Source of the DNA: a virus
Direction: 5' to 3' (one strand)
DNA: 64,000 bases
Virus record (IMG/VR): IMGVR_UViG_3300007513_000026
Coordinates: 1 to 64,000 of that record
Part shown: in pieces, positions 46,215 through 56,779 of the stretch
Layout: each line of letters starts with the position of its first letter
Numbering within the stretch: the first letter of the stretch is position 1
Made by a program: the position numbers and the translations under genes
The notes under the pieces: generated by a model
Seen by the model: the letters and a program-made list of their open reading frames with translations, nothing else
What the model was told of the DNA's origin: nothing
Database searches by the model: none

Positions 46215-49007
46215 TTACATTAAGTCTTGTACGATATCGCCTACAGCCTCGACGGCTCCATTTTTAATGAGATCTTCCATCGCTACTACGTCTAAATAGA
46301 CGTTCGCTACTAAATTAGTGGGCCCTGTGGTGCCACCTGTGCCGCCCAATTGAGCTAATGCGGGAGAAGGCGTATTTTTCACCGTAATCACTGATTCTGT
46401 AACGGCTTTAATGGCGCTAGTAAAAGCTAGTGCTTCGTCAGTTCTAACAGAGTTAATTGCCGCAGACAACGCAGCAATTTGACGAATCTGAGTGGTAAAG
46501 TTAATCTTTGATAAGGTATTTAATGCGGTGATAAGTGTGCTTTCTTCGGGTAATAATTCCAGTGCGCTCTTGAATTTCTCCATAATGGTTGTTATATTAT
46601 CGGTACCTTCAATGCTAGCAAGGCTTACAAGAGATTCGTTAAATCTCGACATTCCGTCTGTTGCCAACTTGATGCCGTATCCTATCGCCAATGCTGCCGC
46701 CCCAATTGACAACAGAATTCCTACGGCTGCACCAATAAGAAGTGCCTGGGGTCCTGCTGTGGCACTGGTAAGAGCCAGCATCATTACTGCAAAAGCTATG
46801 CTAAATGCGATGAGCCCTGCGGCTGCAGGCATTGCCGCCGATCCCAGATCTTTAAACGATCCTACCAAAATTGAAAGCCCCAGGGCCGCCACGCCCACAC
46901 CTGCCCCAATCATCGCGGCGGCTAGCCCAATAGATAACATCACCCCAATCGCTGCCGTAGTTAAGGCAGCTTGGGGTCCTGCCACAAGAGCTATTAATGA
47001 TACTATCATTACCATAAACGCTAGAGTAAACACCCCAATCGCGATAGCTGCAGGAAGGGCGGCCGAGCCCAATCCATTAAAAGCCGCTGCTAAATCAGCT
47101 ACACCAGTGGCAGCCAAATACACTCCATATCCTATCCCCAGAGCCGCCAGTCCAATGGCCACCATGGTTGTAGCCAAGCTTTTTCCGCCCTTGCTGGCCA
47201 TTTCGCTCCCAACGGCTTGCTTCTTCAGAGAAACGTTAAGCAAATTGCTAGATGTTGTTGAGAGATTTTTCGCTGCAATGTTCAATTCCTCCACTGCTGT
47301 GTTTGTGACGGTGGCGGCGGTTGCTGTTCCCAGGCGCCAGGTGGTGACTACCTGAGCCAGACCGAGTGCTATAGTCGCGAGTTTCCAGCCCAGCATCGCG
47401 TACATTGCATACTTCGCCCATCCCGCAAACTCATCCACATGATCGGTAAGCCATTTTATCGAATCTACGAGCCAATCGATTAAGTCGGTAGACTCTGCTA
47501 TGGCTGCATTCAGTTTGTCTTGGATTGATTGCATTTTTAATGCGCGGTCAGCCATCACTTCATAGTCTTCCGCACTTTTCTGTGTTGCCCCCGAGACCAT
47601 GTTCATATTTCCGGACAAAATCAGAGCAAGATCTCCCACATCTGAGAGCCCTAAAGCATCCTTATAGAAGTTCTTCTGATAATAGGACATTGTGTCAAAT
47701 GAAAGTCCTGCGTCGAGGATCGTGTTGCGGATTGTCTCGAAGCGTTCTGCGGGATTAGTCCCCATCATGAGATCCATCGCATTCACAAAGTTTCCGCCCA
47801 ATGCGGCGTTTAGTTTTCCGGCTTGTTCTGCGGCACCTTCGAAGGTATCGAATTTGTTGGTGATTTGGAGGACTTTGTCCATCTCCATGCCGGTGATCTT
47901 GGAGATGTGCTGTAAATCTTTGAAGGCTTGTACACCTTGATCGCCAAACTTAGCTAATGCAGCACCGCCTTTGGCAAATTCTGCGGCCATTTGTGCGGGG
48001 GCCACTCCTAATTCGCGGGCAAACGTGGCTATTTCCTCATTGACGCCGGCGGCATGTTCGGCATTAACTCCCAACATCTTCGTGGATATTTGAGTTGCCT
48101 TGGCCAAATCTCCAACGGCAATGCCTTGTTTGGCTAGTATATTGGTACTTTTGATTAAGGTCTTTTGTGAATCCCTCGACATAAACGTAAAATCGGTATA
48201 AGACGTAAACAAAGCTTGGGCGGACTTGCTTGCCTCCTCGGCTGTAACTGCAAACTTCTTAGTCTCATTATACGATTCTCTCACCACTGTCGCAAATTCT
48301 GCAGAAGCCCCCGTTGCACGTTGGAATCCGGCTTCCATATCCACTATGGCGACAGCCATCCCAATGATATTGTTAACGAATTGTGCGCTGATTGCGCTCG
48401 CTGCGGCATTTCCAAAGGCGCGCATACTCGCACCGGTGCCCTGTAGTCCTTTTGTAATCGATTGTATATTGCCTACAAAATCGTGGGTTTGCGGCATTGC
48501 CATCGCTTTGCCTAATGATTTTCCTAGGTCTCTAGAGGTTGCGGCCGCCTCTTCGATTGTGGCATGCCATTCTTCTGTCCTTTTGATTTTAGTGTCAAGA
48601 TTGGCAATTTCGCGCTCATGGTTCTTAACCTCCTTCATGTTCTTCTCAAGAATACCTTTTTGAATCTTATCGTTAGCGTCGAGTTTCTTAGCTTCTTCTC
48701 CCAGAAAATCAATTCTTTTACGATGAACTAGTTTTTGTTGTTCCCACGCGGTCAGTTGGATGTCGGCATTGCCCTTATTGGCTTCAGCAACCTTATTATA
48801 CTGTTTAGCTAGCTTATCGGCCAACTGAATCTGTTCATTTAGATACTCCAAGCTGGAGCGGAGGGCGTCGAGTTGTTCCTCATAAAGCTCCAGTTTCGAT
48901 TTCAGCGCTGCAGCTTCGGCATCGCTGGCGTTCTTGATTTGATCCTTGAGTTTTTTTATTTCCTCTAGGACTATTCTTTCTTTTTCAGAACGTGATGCCA
49001 CTTGCAT
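46215..49007 (-). CDS. Tape measure protein
   Basis: 930 aa, helical, with Ala/Gly-rich hydrophobic repeats (GPQA twice). It follows the tail chaperone genes. Confidence 0.8.
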   Translation of the reverse strand: MQVASRSEKERIVLEEIKKLKDQIKNASDAEAAALKSKLELYEEQLDALRSSLEYLNEQIQLADKLAKQYNKVAEANKGNADIQLTAWEQQKLVHRKRIDFLGEEAKKLDANDKIQKGILEKNMKEVKNHEREIANLDTKIKRTEEWHATIEEAAATSRDLGKSLGKAMAMPQTHDFVGNIQSITKGLQGTGASMRAFGNAAASAISAQFVNNIIGMAVAIVDMEAGFQRATGASAEFATVVRESYNETKKFAVTAEEASKSAQALFTSYTDFTFMSRDSQKTLIKSTNILAKQGIAVGDLAKATQISTKMLGVNAEHAAGVNEEIATFARELGVAPAQMAAEFAKGGAALAKFGDQGVQAFKDLQHISKITGMEMDKVLQITNKFDTFEGAAEQAGKLNAALGGNFVNAMDLMMGTNPAERFETIRNTILDAGLSFDTMSYYQKNFYKDALGLSDVGDLALILSGNMNMVSGATQKSAEDYEVMADRALKMQSIQDKLNAAIAESTDLIDWLVDSIKWLTDHVDEFAGWAKYAMYAMLGWKLATIALGLAQVVTTWRLGTATAATVTNTAVEELNIAAKNLSTTSSNLLNVSLKKQAVGSEMASKGGKSLATTMVAIGLAALGIGYGVYLAATGVADLAAAFNGLGSAALPAAIAIGVFTLAFMVMIVSLIALVAGPQAALTTAAIGVMLSIGLAAAMIGAGVGVAALGLSILVGSFKDLGSAAMPAAAGLIAFSIAFAVMMLALTSATAGPQALLIGAAVGILLSIGAAALAIGYGIKLATDGMSRFNESLVSLASIEGTDNITTIMEKFKSALELLPEESTLITALNTLSKINFTTQIRQIAALSAAINSVRTDEALAFTSAIKAVTESVITVKNTPSPALAQLGGTGGTTGPTNLVANVYLDVVAMEDLIKNGAVEAVGDIVQDLM

Positions 49008-49042
49008 ACCCTCGCTTTGTAGTATATTCTAATTAGTTTTAT

Positions 49043-49072
49043 AAAAAAAAAGACAAAGCAATTGCTTTGTCT
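49043..49072 (-). terminator. Intrinsic terminator
   Basis: AGACAAAGC-AATT-GCTTTGTCT followed by a T tract. Confidence 0.8.
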
Positions 49073-49304
49073 AGAAACGCCCCTTGGGAGGGGGAGGCGG
49101 TTGATTGTGACGCGTTAAAGTTTGGGCACTGCTTTGTCCCTCTCCTTTTTGCGCTCTTTCGATAGCCTCTTTTTCGTCCTTAAGCTGCTTCATAAGGCGT
49201 TTTACAAACCACAATCGCAACCCTACCGGTAAATTATAAGCTTCCGAAAGAGACCACCCACCTGAATATTTCAAAAAGAAGAACTGTTCGTACACGTTCT
49301 CCAT
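49071..49304 (-). CDS. Tail assembly chaperone, second ORF (possible frameshift extension)
   Basis: MENVYEQFFFLKYSGGWSLSEAYNLPVGLRLWF. No clear RBS, and the frame is open back through the T7 run of the upstream gene. Confidence 0.65.
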   Translation of the reverse strand: MENVYEQFFFLKYSGGWSLSEAYNLPVGLRLWFVKRLMKQLKDEKEAIERAQKGEGQSSAQTLTRHNQPPPPPKGRF

Positions 49305-49308
49305 ATAA

Positions 49309-50163
49309 TTACTGGTCAGGCCAAAAAAAGTCCGCCGAGAGCGGCACCTCCATGTCTTGCTCGAAATCACACTCGCTGCACTCAAATAGTTGTGTGAGGT
49401 CAACGTTGGGGGCAGCAAGACGATACGCTAAGCGTAGGTGCCTGGAATCCATTGAAGGAATGTTGTTAATTAGGTAGTTGCGGGCATCCGGCGAACTGTC
49501 GCCATTAACAGCCACAACAATATTGGCGATCTGGCGCGTCATGTTGCGCTCTAATCCTTTTTGCCCCTTTTTCTCGTTCTGCATGGCGGTAAGGATTCCC
49601 TTTTCGTCGCTTCCGCGCAAAAGTCTAAAAGTTGCTTTTACTTTAGTCTTGGGCAACTCCACAGTAAAGGAACCATTATTGTTATTAACGATATCCAACT
49701 GATCAATATTTTCGCCCGTGTAAACAGTACCGTCATTGAGATTAAAACTATAGGCTTGGTGGGCGCTGCAGGCGGGGCACGTTACTTTAGTGTCGTAAAC
49801 AGCGCCATAGCCAGACATCCTGGTAGCGATAATGATCGCATTACGATCACCCACCAACAATGAATCTGGCTTAATAGCTTTGTTTACAATCAAACTTTCA
49901 ATAACGCGATCTAGGGCCACGCCCTTTTTGAGAAGAGATCTCGATGTGAGAATGTCTTCCTCTTTAGCTGTCATTTGTTTGATTTCAATGGTGTCTTCGT
50001 TATGAAGAGGGTGTCCAGGGGGATAATATTTACCACCAGACGGCAATTCTACAAATTCTGTAGGAACAACAAAGGAAAACCCTTCTGTTGCATTTTGTAC
50101 TATGGGTGCGGGGGTTTCCACATTTTGGTTTTGTGCTCCCACACGATCTTTATTTCTACTCAA
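49309..50163 (-). CDS. Tail/baseplate assembly chaperone (T4 gp26-like)
   Basis: VELPSGG..YP, MTAKEEDIL, GDRNAI, CPAC...CSEC and terminal FFWP. Confidence 0.75.
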   Translation of the reverse strand: MSRNKDRVGAQNQNVETPAPIVQNATEGFSFVVPTEFVELPSGGKYYPPGHPLHNEDTIEIKQMTAKEEDILTSRSLLKKGVALDRVIESLIVNKAIKPDSLLVGDRNAIIIATRMSGYGAVYDTKVTCPACSAHQAYSFNLNDGTVYTGENIDQLDIVNNNNGSFTVELPKTKVKATFRLLRGSDEKGILTAMQNEKKGQKGLERNMTRQIANIVVAVNGDSSPDARNYLINNIPSMDSRHLRLAYRLAAPNVDLTQLFECSECDFEQDMEVPLSADFFWPDQ

Positions 50164-50222
50164 TATACACCTCGTTGTATTGTATAAGTATATCTTAGTG
50201 TGACGATTTTGTTAAGCGCTAT

Positions 50223-50828
50223 TCAGGGGGTGGCCGTGGTCGGGAGGGCGGCGGAGTCGGTGCCGCTGGAGTCCGTGATAACCAGTTCCGCCCAGTCGTA
50301 TTTTAGAGTCAGTGAAACCTCGGTTAACTCATCAGATCCATATTCCAAATCTCCAAACTTCATTTCAGTAATAAGAGCGTTTTTGAGCGTCCAACTTTCC
50401 ACTGCGGCGCCCTCTCCATTAAGCTGAGAAATCACAACCGCCCCGACGGCACTAGCCATCGATGATTTGGTTATCGTACCCAAATATCCTTCATTGGCTG
50501 GAATTGCATACCCAGCGCCTACTATTAACTCAGTAAACATCTGTGCAACATTCGACGTGTCACCACCCGGATCAACCAAGGTAAGAGACACATCTTGCCA
50601 GGTTACCGTGCCGGGAAAATAAAAGGTATGATTGAGATATTTGTGTTCCGCTGTGGCGATCTGAAAGGACGGCTTGGTGCACGACTTTGCATACCAAATA
50701 ACGTTGGTCGCTGCTGTGGCTGAGGAGTCGCTAAGACCAGCCATCGACACCATAAATCTAAACTTTCTTTTAGGATCGGTGATGTCCCCGGACGTATAAT
50801 CGGCACTCCAAAAATTACTTACTGACAT
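50223..50828 (-). CDS. Tail tube protein (gp19-like)
   Basis: PKRKFRF, PG.VTW..V.LT..DP, W.L.NA...FGDL.Y and L.YDWA. It follows the sheath gene. Confidence 0.85.
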   Translation of the reverse strand: MSVSNFWSADYTSGDITDPKRKFRFMVSMAGLSDSSATAATNVIWYAKSCTKPSFQIATAEHKYLNHTFYFPGTVTWQDVSLTLVDPGGDTSNVAQMFTELIVGAGYAIPANEGYLGTITKSSMASAVGAVVISQLNGEGAAVESWTLKNALITEMKFGDLEYGSDELTEVSLTLKYDWAELVITDSSGTDSAALPTTATP

Positions 50829-50876
50829 TGGCTGTTAATCTCCTTGATATATATTAAATAGAGGGAAGGTATATTT

Positions 50877-53800
50877 TTAATCATCGAAAGAGGCTCCCGA
50901 GTTCATAATAATAAAGTCAATCGCAATATACTCGATGGCTCGCGCTGGCTTCACCATAATCTTAGCATAGAGCACATTTTGGTCTATCAAGTCAGGTGTC
51001 GTTGTTGTATTGTCCAAAATCAAACGATAATCGGTGATACCGTATCCTGCCTGGGTGTTGGCCAAAAGAGGTTCAATCAGTGATTTGAAGTTAGTCCAAG
51101 TTGCTTCCACGTTCTGTTCAAACAAAATCTGACTGGATAAGAATGAAATTTGCTTCTTCAAGTAAATAACCAATCTTCTTACGTTAATTCTATCTAGCGC
51201 GGAAGCGCGTGCTTGTAGTGTTTTCTGTCCGAAGACAACAATACCTGTGGAGGGAAACGAAGCAATCGGGTTAATCCGATTCTCATACAAAGTGTCGCGA
51301 TCATCAGAAGTCACACGTTCGGTGACATTGGTAATCGTAAGCCCAGCGGCACCATCGGTGAGTCCGCCCCGATTAAAACCGGCGGGTGCGAACCAGACTG
51401 CGCTAGACTTCTCAGAGGAAGCCAGGACGCCGCACATAGCCACTGAAGGTGGAATCCACAAGAGGCGACCGGTTGCGGTATCTCGTGTTTGTACCCATGG
51501 GTAGAATGTGCATCCATAGCTGGAATCGATTCTACGATCCTTGAGAGCGGTTGAGGCGGCTGTTGGTGTTGTTCCAATGCGCTGTGCTTTGGTGTTGTAA
51601 TAACCTTCGGCCGCTGGAATATACACATCTGGAAGATCGATGAGAGCTAACGCGTCTCCTCGGGCTTCACACACATCAATCATATGTTGCGTTAAGTTCG
51701 TTTGAGTCAGACCGGGTGCTGCTAACAAGTTCATGTTAACAAATTCGGCATCAGCAACAGTATTAATCGCTCGTCGGTACGTGTGATAAATGTAGTTAGT
51801 ATCTTCCGTATCAGTTGAGGCCATTCCGTTGTTGTACATCGGGTCGGGCTTCTGGATGTTGAATCCATCGAAACCTCCCCAGAAAGGGGCCGTAAACTTA
51901 TTGTGTCCTGCGTTAAGAAGGGTGGCAACATCTGTTACTGTTACCGACAATCCTTCTTTACGAGAGCCAGACTGATAGAAGTACTGATCTGCGCCGGAAC
52001 CGCCGTCCCCTCGCACATCGTCCATGGAGAAGATATATGACCATCCGTAAACACCCGCTGCAAGATCGGCGCCACCAGCCGATGAGCGTGCCGGATTCTG
52101 GCCGGCTACCGGATCGTCTGGGAAGTCCGCGTACAAAAGTCTATGCCAGTCCGCGTAGCTCGATCCAGGATCTGTGCTTCCCGACCCGCGTGTGTTAAGA
52201 AATCCGAAATAAGCATTCGAAGCTTGTGTCACACCAGCGGAAGCTGATACGCGTAATTGATCGACTGGCCAGTAAAGAGAAGCTGTAAGGGCGCCCGGTC
52301 CATCCGTAGAAAAGGCCGCCGATAAGAATTGGTGGGCGTCGGCCTGGGCGGAGGGCGCGCCGGAGCGGTCAGCGTTGCCTCCTCCCGCGCGAGCGATTCC
52401 ACCGCCGACGCTACCGAAAGAGCCGCTATAAGTAATCCACTTCTCAGTGATCCCAGAAGCTGCCCATTCGGTTGCATTCATGCCAGAGCCTGAAATAATC
52501 GGGGCAAAGGTTGGAGGACCGAAGTAGCCGAACGGAAGGAGACGGGGGTCTGTTGCGCCTGCTTCTACATCGCTATTCATTTCCACATATACATAGCTAG
52601 ACCTATTATCATATTCGCCATACTGCTTAAGACGCACGCCGGTGCTATCCCAAGTCCAATATTTATCCCCGATTACGCGCGCTACAAAATTAGGAGAGCT
52701 AGGATCTAAACTACATCCATCATAGCGCTCTACAACGTCGCTGGGGGGATCTGTGTCGTTAATTCCTCGAAGAACCACCGAAAAAGTACCATAGTCTGTA
52801 GAGGTCGTCGTGGATTCTCTAATTTTCTCAATGGAGACCTTTAAGTTCTTGTTAAGCCACGCACCATGTCCTCGGCCTTTAAGTCGGAAAAGTTTGGTCA
52901 TAGCTCCAGCGGAATATGTAGCATAATCGCCTTGGACATCTTGTCCAATAAACCATCCAGCGACAGCTTCACGAGAAGCTTGTTTCATCGAAGCAATCGA
53001 TGTGGTGCTACCACTAGCCTGAATGCCGTAAATCACACCCTGCATTGCCTGTGTCGTTAGCGAAGAGCCAGAAACATAGTAATTGCGAACGTTGTCTTCA
53101 AAGGTCTCTCCCAACAAAATAGAATCCGAAGTGGGATAAAAAGTACCAGAGGCGTTCAATAGCTGCGGGTTTGTATTGAAACGGTTGCGAATAAAATTGT
53201 CATTGGTATCAACAAAGCTAAACTGAACTGTGTGCTCCACTTCAGTCGAATCGGTGTAAATCGCGGTAAAGACACCGCTAGTGTCTGACCCGATGCATTG
53301 TCCAGTACCGCGCCCTGTGGTAACAGTTGCGCCACCGCGCAGGGCGCCCGTAAGTTCGATGGAGCCCGAGTTCATATAAAAAATGGCTGCCAGCGTGCCA
53401 GCGCTAGGATTGGATGCATAATCGGGGCGCCCTAAAACTTGCGGCTGGCGCGTAAGGTCGGCGCCACTTCCTGAAGGGAAGACCCAGAGACCATATGCCC
53501 CACCAATCGTAGAGCCGGGGCCCTGGGGTCCGATTAAGTTTGTCGTCTTCCACCCTGCTGCGGCGTCACCGCCTGCCGTCGAGCCTGCGCTGGTCTCTTG
53601 ACCAAGCAAGCGAATATATGTAAGAGGTGCCACTTGTGCGTGCAAAAACGCCTTGGCTGCGTAAGTTCCATACATGGGACTTTGAAAGTTGCCATGGCGA
53701 TAAATGTCGCCGCCCGCGCGTCCAGGTACGGGCTGACCAAAGGTCGCTACAAAGTCTGCATATGATTCAACTGTGATGGGTTGCATCGCGAGTCCTCTTT

Positions 53801-53915
53801 CGGCGCGGCCGATAATTACAGGACCCATCTCCGGTGCGGTGGCAGTAGCGAATGATTCATCAATTTCATTGATAAACACCCCAGGAGATACAAATCTAAA
53901 ATTACTAATGGGCAT
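50877..53915 (-). CDS. Contractile tail sheath protein (gp18-like)
   Basis: SPGVFINEID, WFAPAGFNRG, INPI, GQKT, RINVRRL and FEQN motifs. Confidence 0.95.
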   Translation of the reverse strand: MPISNFRFVSPGVFINEIDESFATATAPEMGPVIIGRAERGLAMQPITVESYADFVATFGQPVPGRAGGDIYRHGNFQSPMYGTYAAKAFLHAQVAPLTYIRLLGQETSAGSTAGGDAAAGWKTTNLIGPQGPGSTIGGAYGLWVFPSGSGADLTRQPQVLGRPDYASNPSAGTLAAIFYMNSGSIELTGALRGGATVTTGRGTGQCIGSDTSGVFTAIYTDSTEVEHTVQFSFVDTNDNFIRNRFNTNPQLLNASGTFYPTSDSILLGETFEDNVRNYYVSGSSLTTQAMQGVIYGIQASGSTTSIASMKQASREAVAGWFIGQDVQGDYATYSAGAMTKLFRLKGRGHGAWLNKNLKVSIEKIRESTTTSTDYGTFSVVLRGINDTDPPSDVVERYDGCSLDPSSPNFVARVIGDKYWTWDSTGVRLKQYGEYDNRSSYVYVEMNSDVEAGATDPRLLPFGYFGPPTFAPIISGSGMNATEWAASGITEKWITYSGSFGSVGGGIARAGGGNADRSGAPSAQADAHQFLSAAFSTDGPGALTASLYWPVDQLRVSASAGVTQASNAYFGFLNTRGSGSTDPGSSYADWHRLLYADFPDDPVAGQNPARSSAGGADLAAGVYGWSYIFSMDDVRGDGGSGADQYFYQSGSRKEGLSVTVTDVATLLNAGHNKFTAPFWGGFDGFNIQKPDPMYNNGMASTDTEDTNYIYHTYRRAINTVADAEFVNMNLLAAPGLTQTNLTQHMIDVCEARGDALALIDLPDVYIPAAEGYYNTKAQRIGTTPTAASTALKDRRIDSSYGCTFYPWVQTRDTATGRLLWIPPSVAMCGVLASSEKSSAVWFAPAGFNRGGLTDGAAGLTITNVTERVTSDDRDTLYENRINPIASFPSTGIVVFGQKTLQARASALDRINVRRLVIYLKKQISFLSSQILFEQNVEATWTNFKSLIEPLLANTQAGYGITDYRLILDNTTTTPDLIDQNVLYAKIMVKPARAIEYIAIDFIIMNSGASFDD

Positions 53916-54026
53916 ATTTGGTTTCCTCTTTTAAAAAAATAGTTTAATTGGAGAGTGCAATCATACTTTAAATAGTATTTTCTATTTCAAAAGGCGGCCT
54001 CCAGACGAATAAATTTGAGTTTGAGT

Positions 54027-54920
54027 TCAGGAAGTAAAAGTATAAAAGCCATTTTCGTCTGGGGCTACGATTCCTTCTTGTGGAAAGGTAATTTCCACAA
54101 CATTTTCCTCTACTCTTACGATTGGTCGATCATCGTTGGCACCTTCTCCGATTAAATACCCCAAAACGCGAATGTTTACTTCCGAAGTATAAACACGCAT
54201 GTCTTCATCCAAATTGTCAATATTATTAGAATGAGTAAAACCTTGATCAATAAAACCCTCATATAAATGCCCATTACGTCGCATAATAAAGGCATTAACC
54301 TGCCCAGTGCGGGCCATAAACGGGGCAATGATATCATTCATTTGTTGTTGATATTCAGTCTTAATCGTGATCTTATATTCCACATTTACATAAACTGGAA
54401 TAGGCACCGATAAAGTTCGAATTACAATCTTTTTATTAATACGGGGCGCCGGTCGAGGGGACCACTGCTGAATGGATGATCCTGAAACGACAGAGCGCGT
54501 CCCAGAGGCTACCGCAAAGTTGCGCGTTTTATCTTCTACTATTTGGCGCGCTAGCACCATTCGCCCTGTGCGTCCGTTTTTATCAGTCGAATATGTTTGT
54601 GCTTGATAACTCCCTTTACGGGCAGGATCTTTTACCACGCCAGTGCGCTCAATACTCAACACCGGCAAAATAAGGGCGCCACCATCATCTCGTAGGTTTT
54701 TATTATGTTTAATTTGATAAGAGCGCTCCGGAACTTGCCAGAGGACAGGAACCTCCTTAAAGCCCTCATTAGTATAGGCACTCAGCCGTAAATCATCTTT
54801 TACCCATGAATAGATAGCCGTATCGATACTCTCGATATCGGAAGCCAACATTCCTATTTCCGAAAGATGTAAATCCATCCCCGGTGGAATCATCGCAAAA
54901 TCAAAATTGTCAGGTAGCAT
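54027..54920 (-). CDS. Tail terminator / sheath stabiliser (gp15-like)
   Basis: Lies between the neck genes and the sheath, with LPVLSIER and PVYVNVEY...QQQMN. Start re-called at MLPDNF. Confidence 0.55.
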   Translation of the reverse strand: MLPDNFDFAMIPPGMDLHLSEIGMLASDIESIDTAIYSWVKDDLRLSAYTNEGFKEVPVLWQVPERSYQIKHNKNLRDDGGALILPVLSIERTGVVKDPARKGSYQAQTYSTDKNGRTGRMVLARQIVEDKTRNFAVASGTRSVVSGSSIQQWSPRPAPRINKKIVIRTLSVPIPVYVNVEYKITIKTEYQQQMNDIIAPFMARTGQVNAFIMRRNGHLYEGFIDQGFTHSNNIDNLDEDMRVYTSEVNIRVLGYLIGEGANDDRPIVRVEENVVEITFPQEGIVAPDENGFYTFTS

Positions 54921-55404
54921 CGAATAATCCCCTTCTTGCTCTACGACAACGGGCTGAAATTTCAAAACCGTGGTCTACTTGGCCAAACAGTTTGGTTGGC
55001 TCTGTTAGTTTAACTATCTCGTAATAATAATCTCCGTACAAAACAAAATCACCTTCTCGCACATAGAGATTTTGATCCTCCTCTAATCTACGCTTATGAA
55101 AGTGTACATTAATCTCCCACGTTTTATCAATTCCCACATTTGCCATATATTCCGTAGAAAAGTCTGTAAACTCCACCAACGCAAAAACTCGCACTGGGGG
55201 AAGGTATGTTTTCTCAATGGCTTCTCCATATAAGTTATGGAAGTCTGTTGTTTCTAAATCAATAGGATAATAAAGGATCTGCTGACCAATAACCTTTTCG
55301 ATTAACTCATCGTTAACCTGCTTAACAAGGTCACGTTCCTTTTCTCCAAAGAACAAAGGAGGAGGTGGGGCCGCTGGTCTTTTCCATTCATTATCTGACA
55401 TCAA
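54910..55404 (-). CDS. Neck / head-closure protein (gp14-like)
   Basis: IGQQILYYPI, LYGEA..K and EGDF motifs plus gene position. Confidence 0.65.
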   Translation of the reverse strand: MMSDNEWKRPAAPPPPLFFGEKERDLVKQVNDELIEKVIGQQILYYPIDLETTDFHNLYGEAIEKTYLPPVRVFALVEFTDFSTEYMANVGIDKTWEINVHFHKRRLEEDQNLYVREGDFVLYGDYYYEIVKLTEPTKLFGQVDHGFEISARCRRARRGLFDAT

Positions 55405-55409
55405 TCATG

Positions 55410-56696
55410 TTATCCTACAAAAATAGGTAGCGGCGAACTCTTAAATGTAGTCTCCACAGCCTCGGTTATTTCGGCATCGCTCTTTGTCAACTCCTTGTAT
55501 GTTAGTGTATCCAATATCTCCATCAACTTATCTTTCAACTGCTGCTGCTCATCTTTAGCCTGGGACAACAATTCTGAATGGTTCAAAGTGACGCTTTCAC
55601 CTGGAATTGGCATCGTGGTAAACTTACCACGCACTTGTCCCAGCATCTCCTTACACAATGCCAATGCATATTTTCTAATCCACTGCTTACCCATCGAGTT
55701 AATGCTCTCATAAGGAATATTATCAAAAGGTAGCGTATTGACGTTGTTAACGCCCTTCACACCATCTTTATAGCGAGTATTGCCCTGCCAGGGATCTTGC
55801 ATGTCAATGAAGAATTCTACCCACATGCGATCTAGCGGCCCTAGCCCCCAATAACTGGGGGTTGGATATAATCGGAGGAAATTGTCCTTAATCTCATAAG
55901 AATAGTGCGATGTGCGCGTGAACAAAGAGTCCTCATACATGATAGCTTGCATTTTATTCTGCCATGTGGGGATAATCTCGAATGTAGAATCGTCAGCGAA
56001 CTGTCCATATGTCGAATAATTTCCAACGACTCCTACACCCCCATAATAGCCGTAAAAGCGCCACATTGCGCGGGGTGAGCGATAATATACCCGCGAGATG
56101 ATAACGCGCTGGTTATCAACAAGCCCTGAAAAGGCTACCGGTTTGCCAGCATCATCTACGCCGCTCTCGGATGCGGTTTCAATGATGGTCTGGAGGTCAT
56201 AGTCCTGTTGATCGGTGGCGGGCGAAAATGACGCCGAATAAATGCGCTCTGTTCCGCCAATTCCGGCGGCTGTCGAAGCTGCATCACCAATTTTACGGGC
56301 TGTGGCATACTGAAAGCGGGGGTAGCGCAACTCGACGTTCGAACCGCTCAGCGAATCTCCGTAAACCAAGTTTCCTTCTTCGTTGAAGCTACCAGTACTG
56401 GCGCCTAACGAATCTGCCAGGACATTTTTGCTCTGGTGAAGGTTTATAATGTAGGAATATTCCAGTACCGCTTCTTCGTAGGCCGCATAAACGTTTGCGG
56501 GGGTAAGCTCGATATCGACCACGTCGCCACCCAGCTTCTTATATACGTAATCTACTTGAACAGAAGCTCCCGTTAAAAAGGCTTGGGAGCCAGTATACAT
56601 ACCAAAAGGTACAGCGGACGCAACGTTGTTAGCACTTCCGGTGGAAGTAAGTACAATCGTACTAGTTTCTGAACGAGGCGAGAGTTCTGTAGGCAT
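55410..56696 (-). CDS. Neck / head-tail adaptor protein (gp13-like)
   Basis: KLGGDVVDIEL and WIRKYALALCKEMLGQVRGKF..PIPG..VTLN. Confidence 0.75.
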   Translation of the reverse strand: MPTELSPRSETSTIVLTSTGSANNVASAVPFGMYTGSQAFLTGASVQVDYVYKKLGGDVVDIELTPANVYAAYEEAVLEYSYIINLHQSKNVLADSLGASTGSFNEEGNLVYGDSLSGSNVELRYPRFQYATARKIGDAASTAAGIGGTERIYSASFSPATDQQDYDLQTIIETASESGVDDAGKPVAFSGLVDNQRVIISRVYYRSPRAMWRFYGYYGGVGVVGNYSTYGQFADDSTFEIIPTWQNKMQAIMYEDSLFTRTSHYSYEIKDNFLRLYPTPSYWGLGPLDRMWVEFFIDMQDPWQGNTRYKDGVKGVNNVNTLPFDNIPYESINSMGKQWIRKYALALCKEMLGQVRGKFTTMPIPGESVTLNHSELLSQAKDEQQQLKDKLMEILDTLTYKELTKSDAEITEAVETTFKSSPLPIFVG

Positions 56697-56779
56697 TTAG
56701 ATGGTTTCCTTCGCAGTAATTAGTAAACGGGGGGACAAAACCCACCTATATTATGGGTTAACTGTCAAAGGAATTTATA

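Noticed and set aside
56740-56768. TTGACA upstream of the neck gene as a sigma70 promoter
   Set aside because: There is no -10 box at 17-nt spacing. The region is better explained by a small hairpin and the late motif at 56717.
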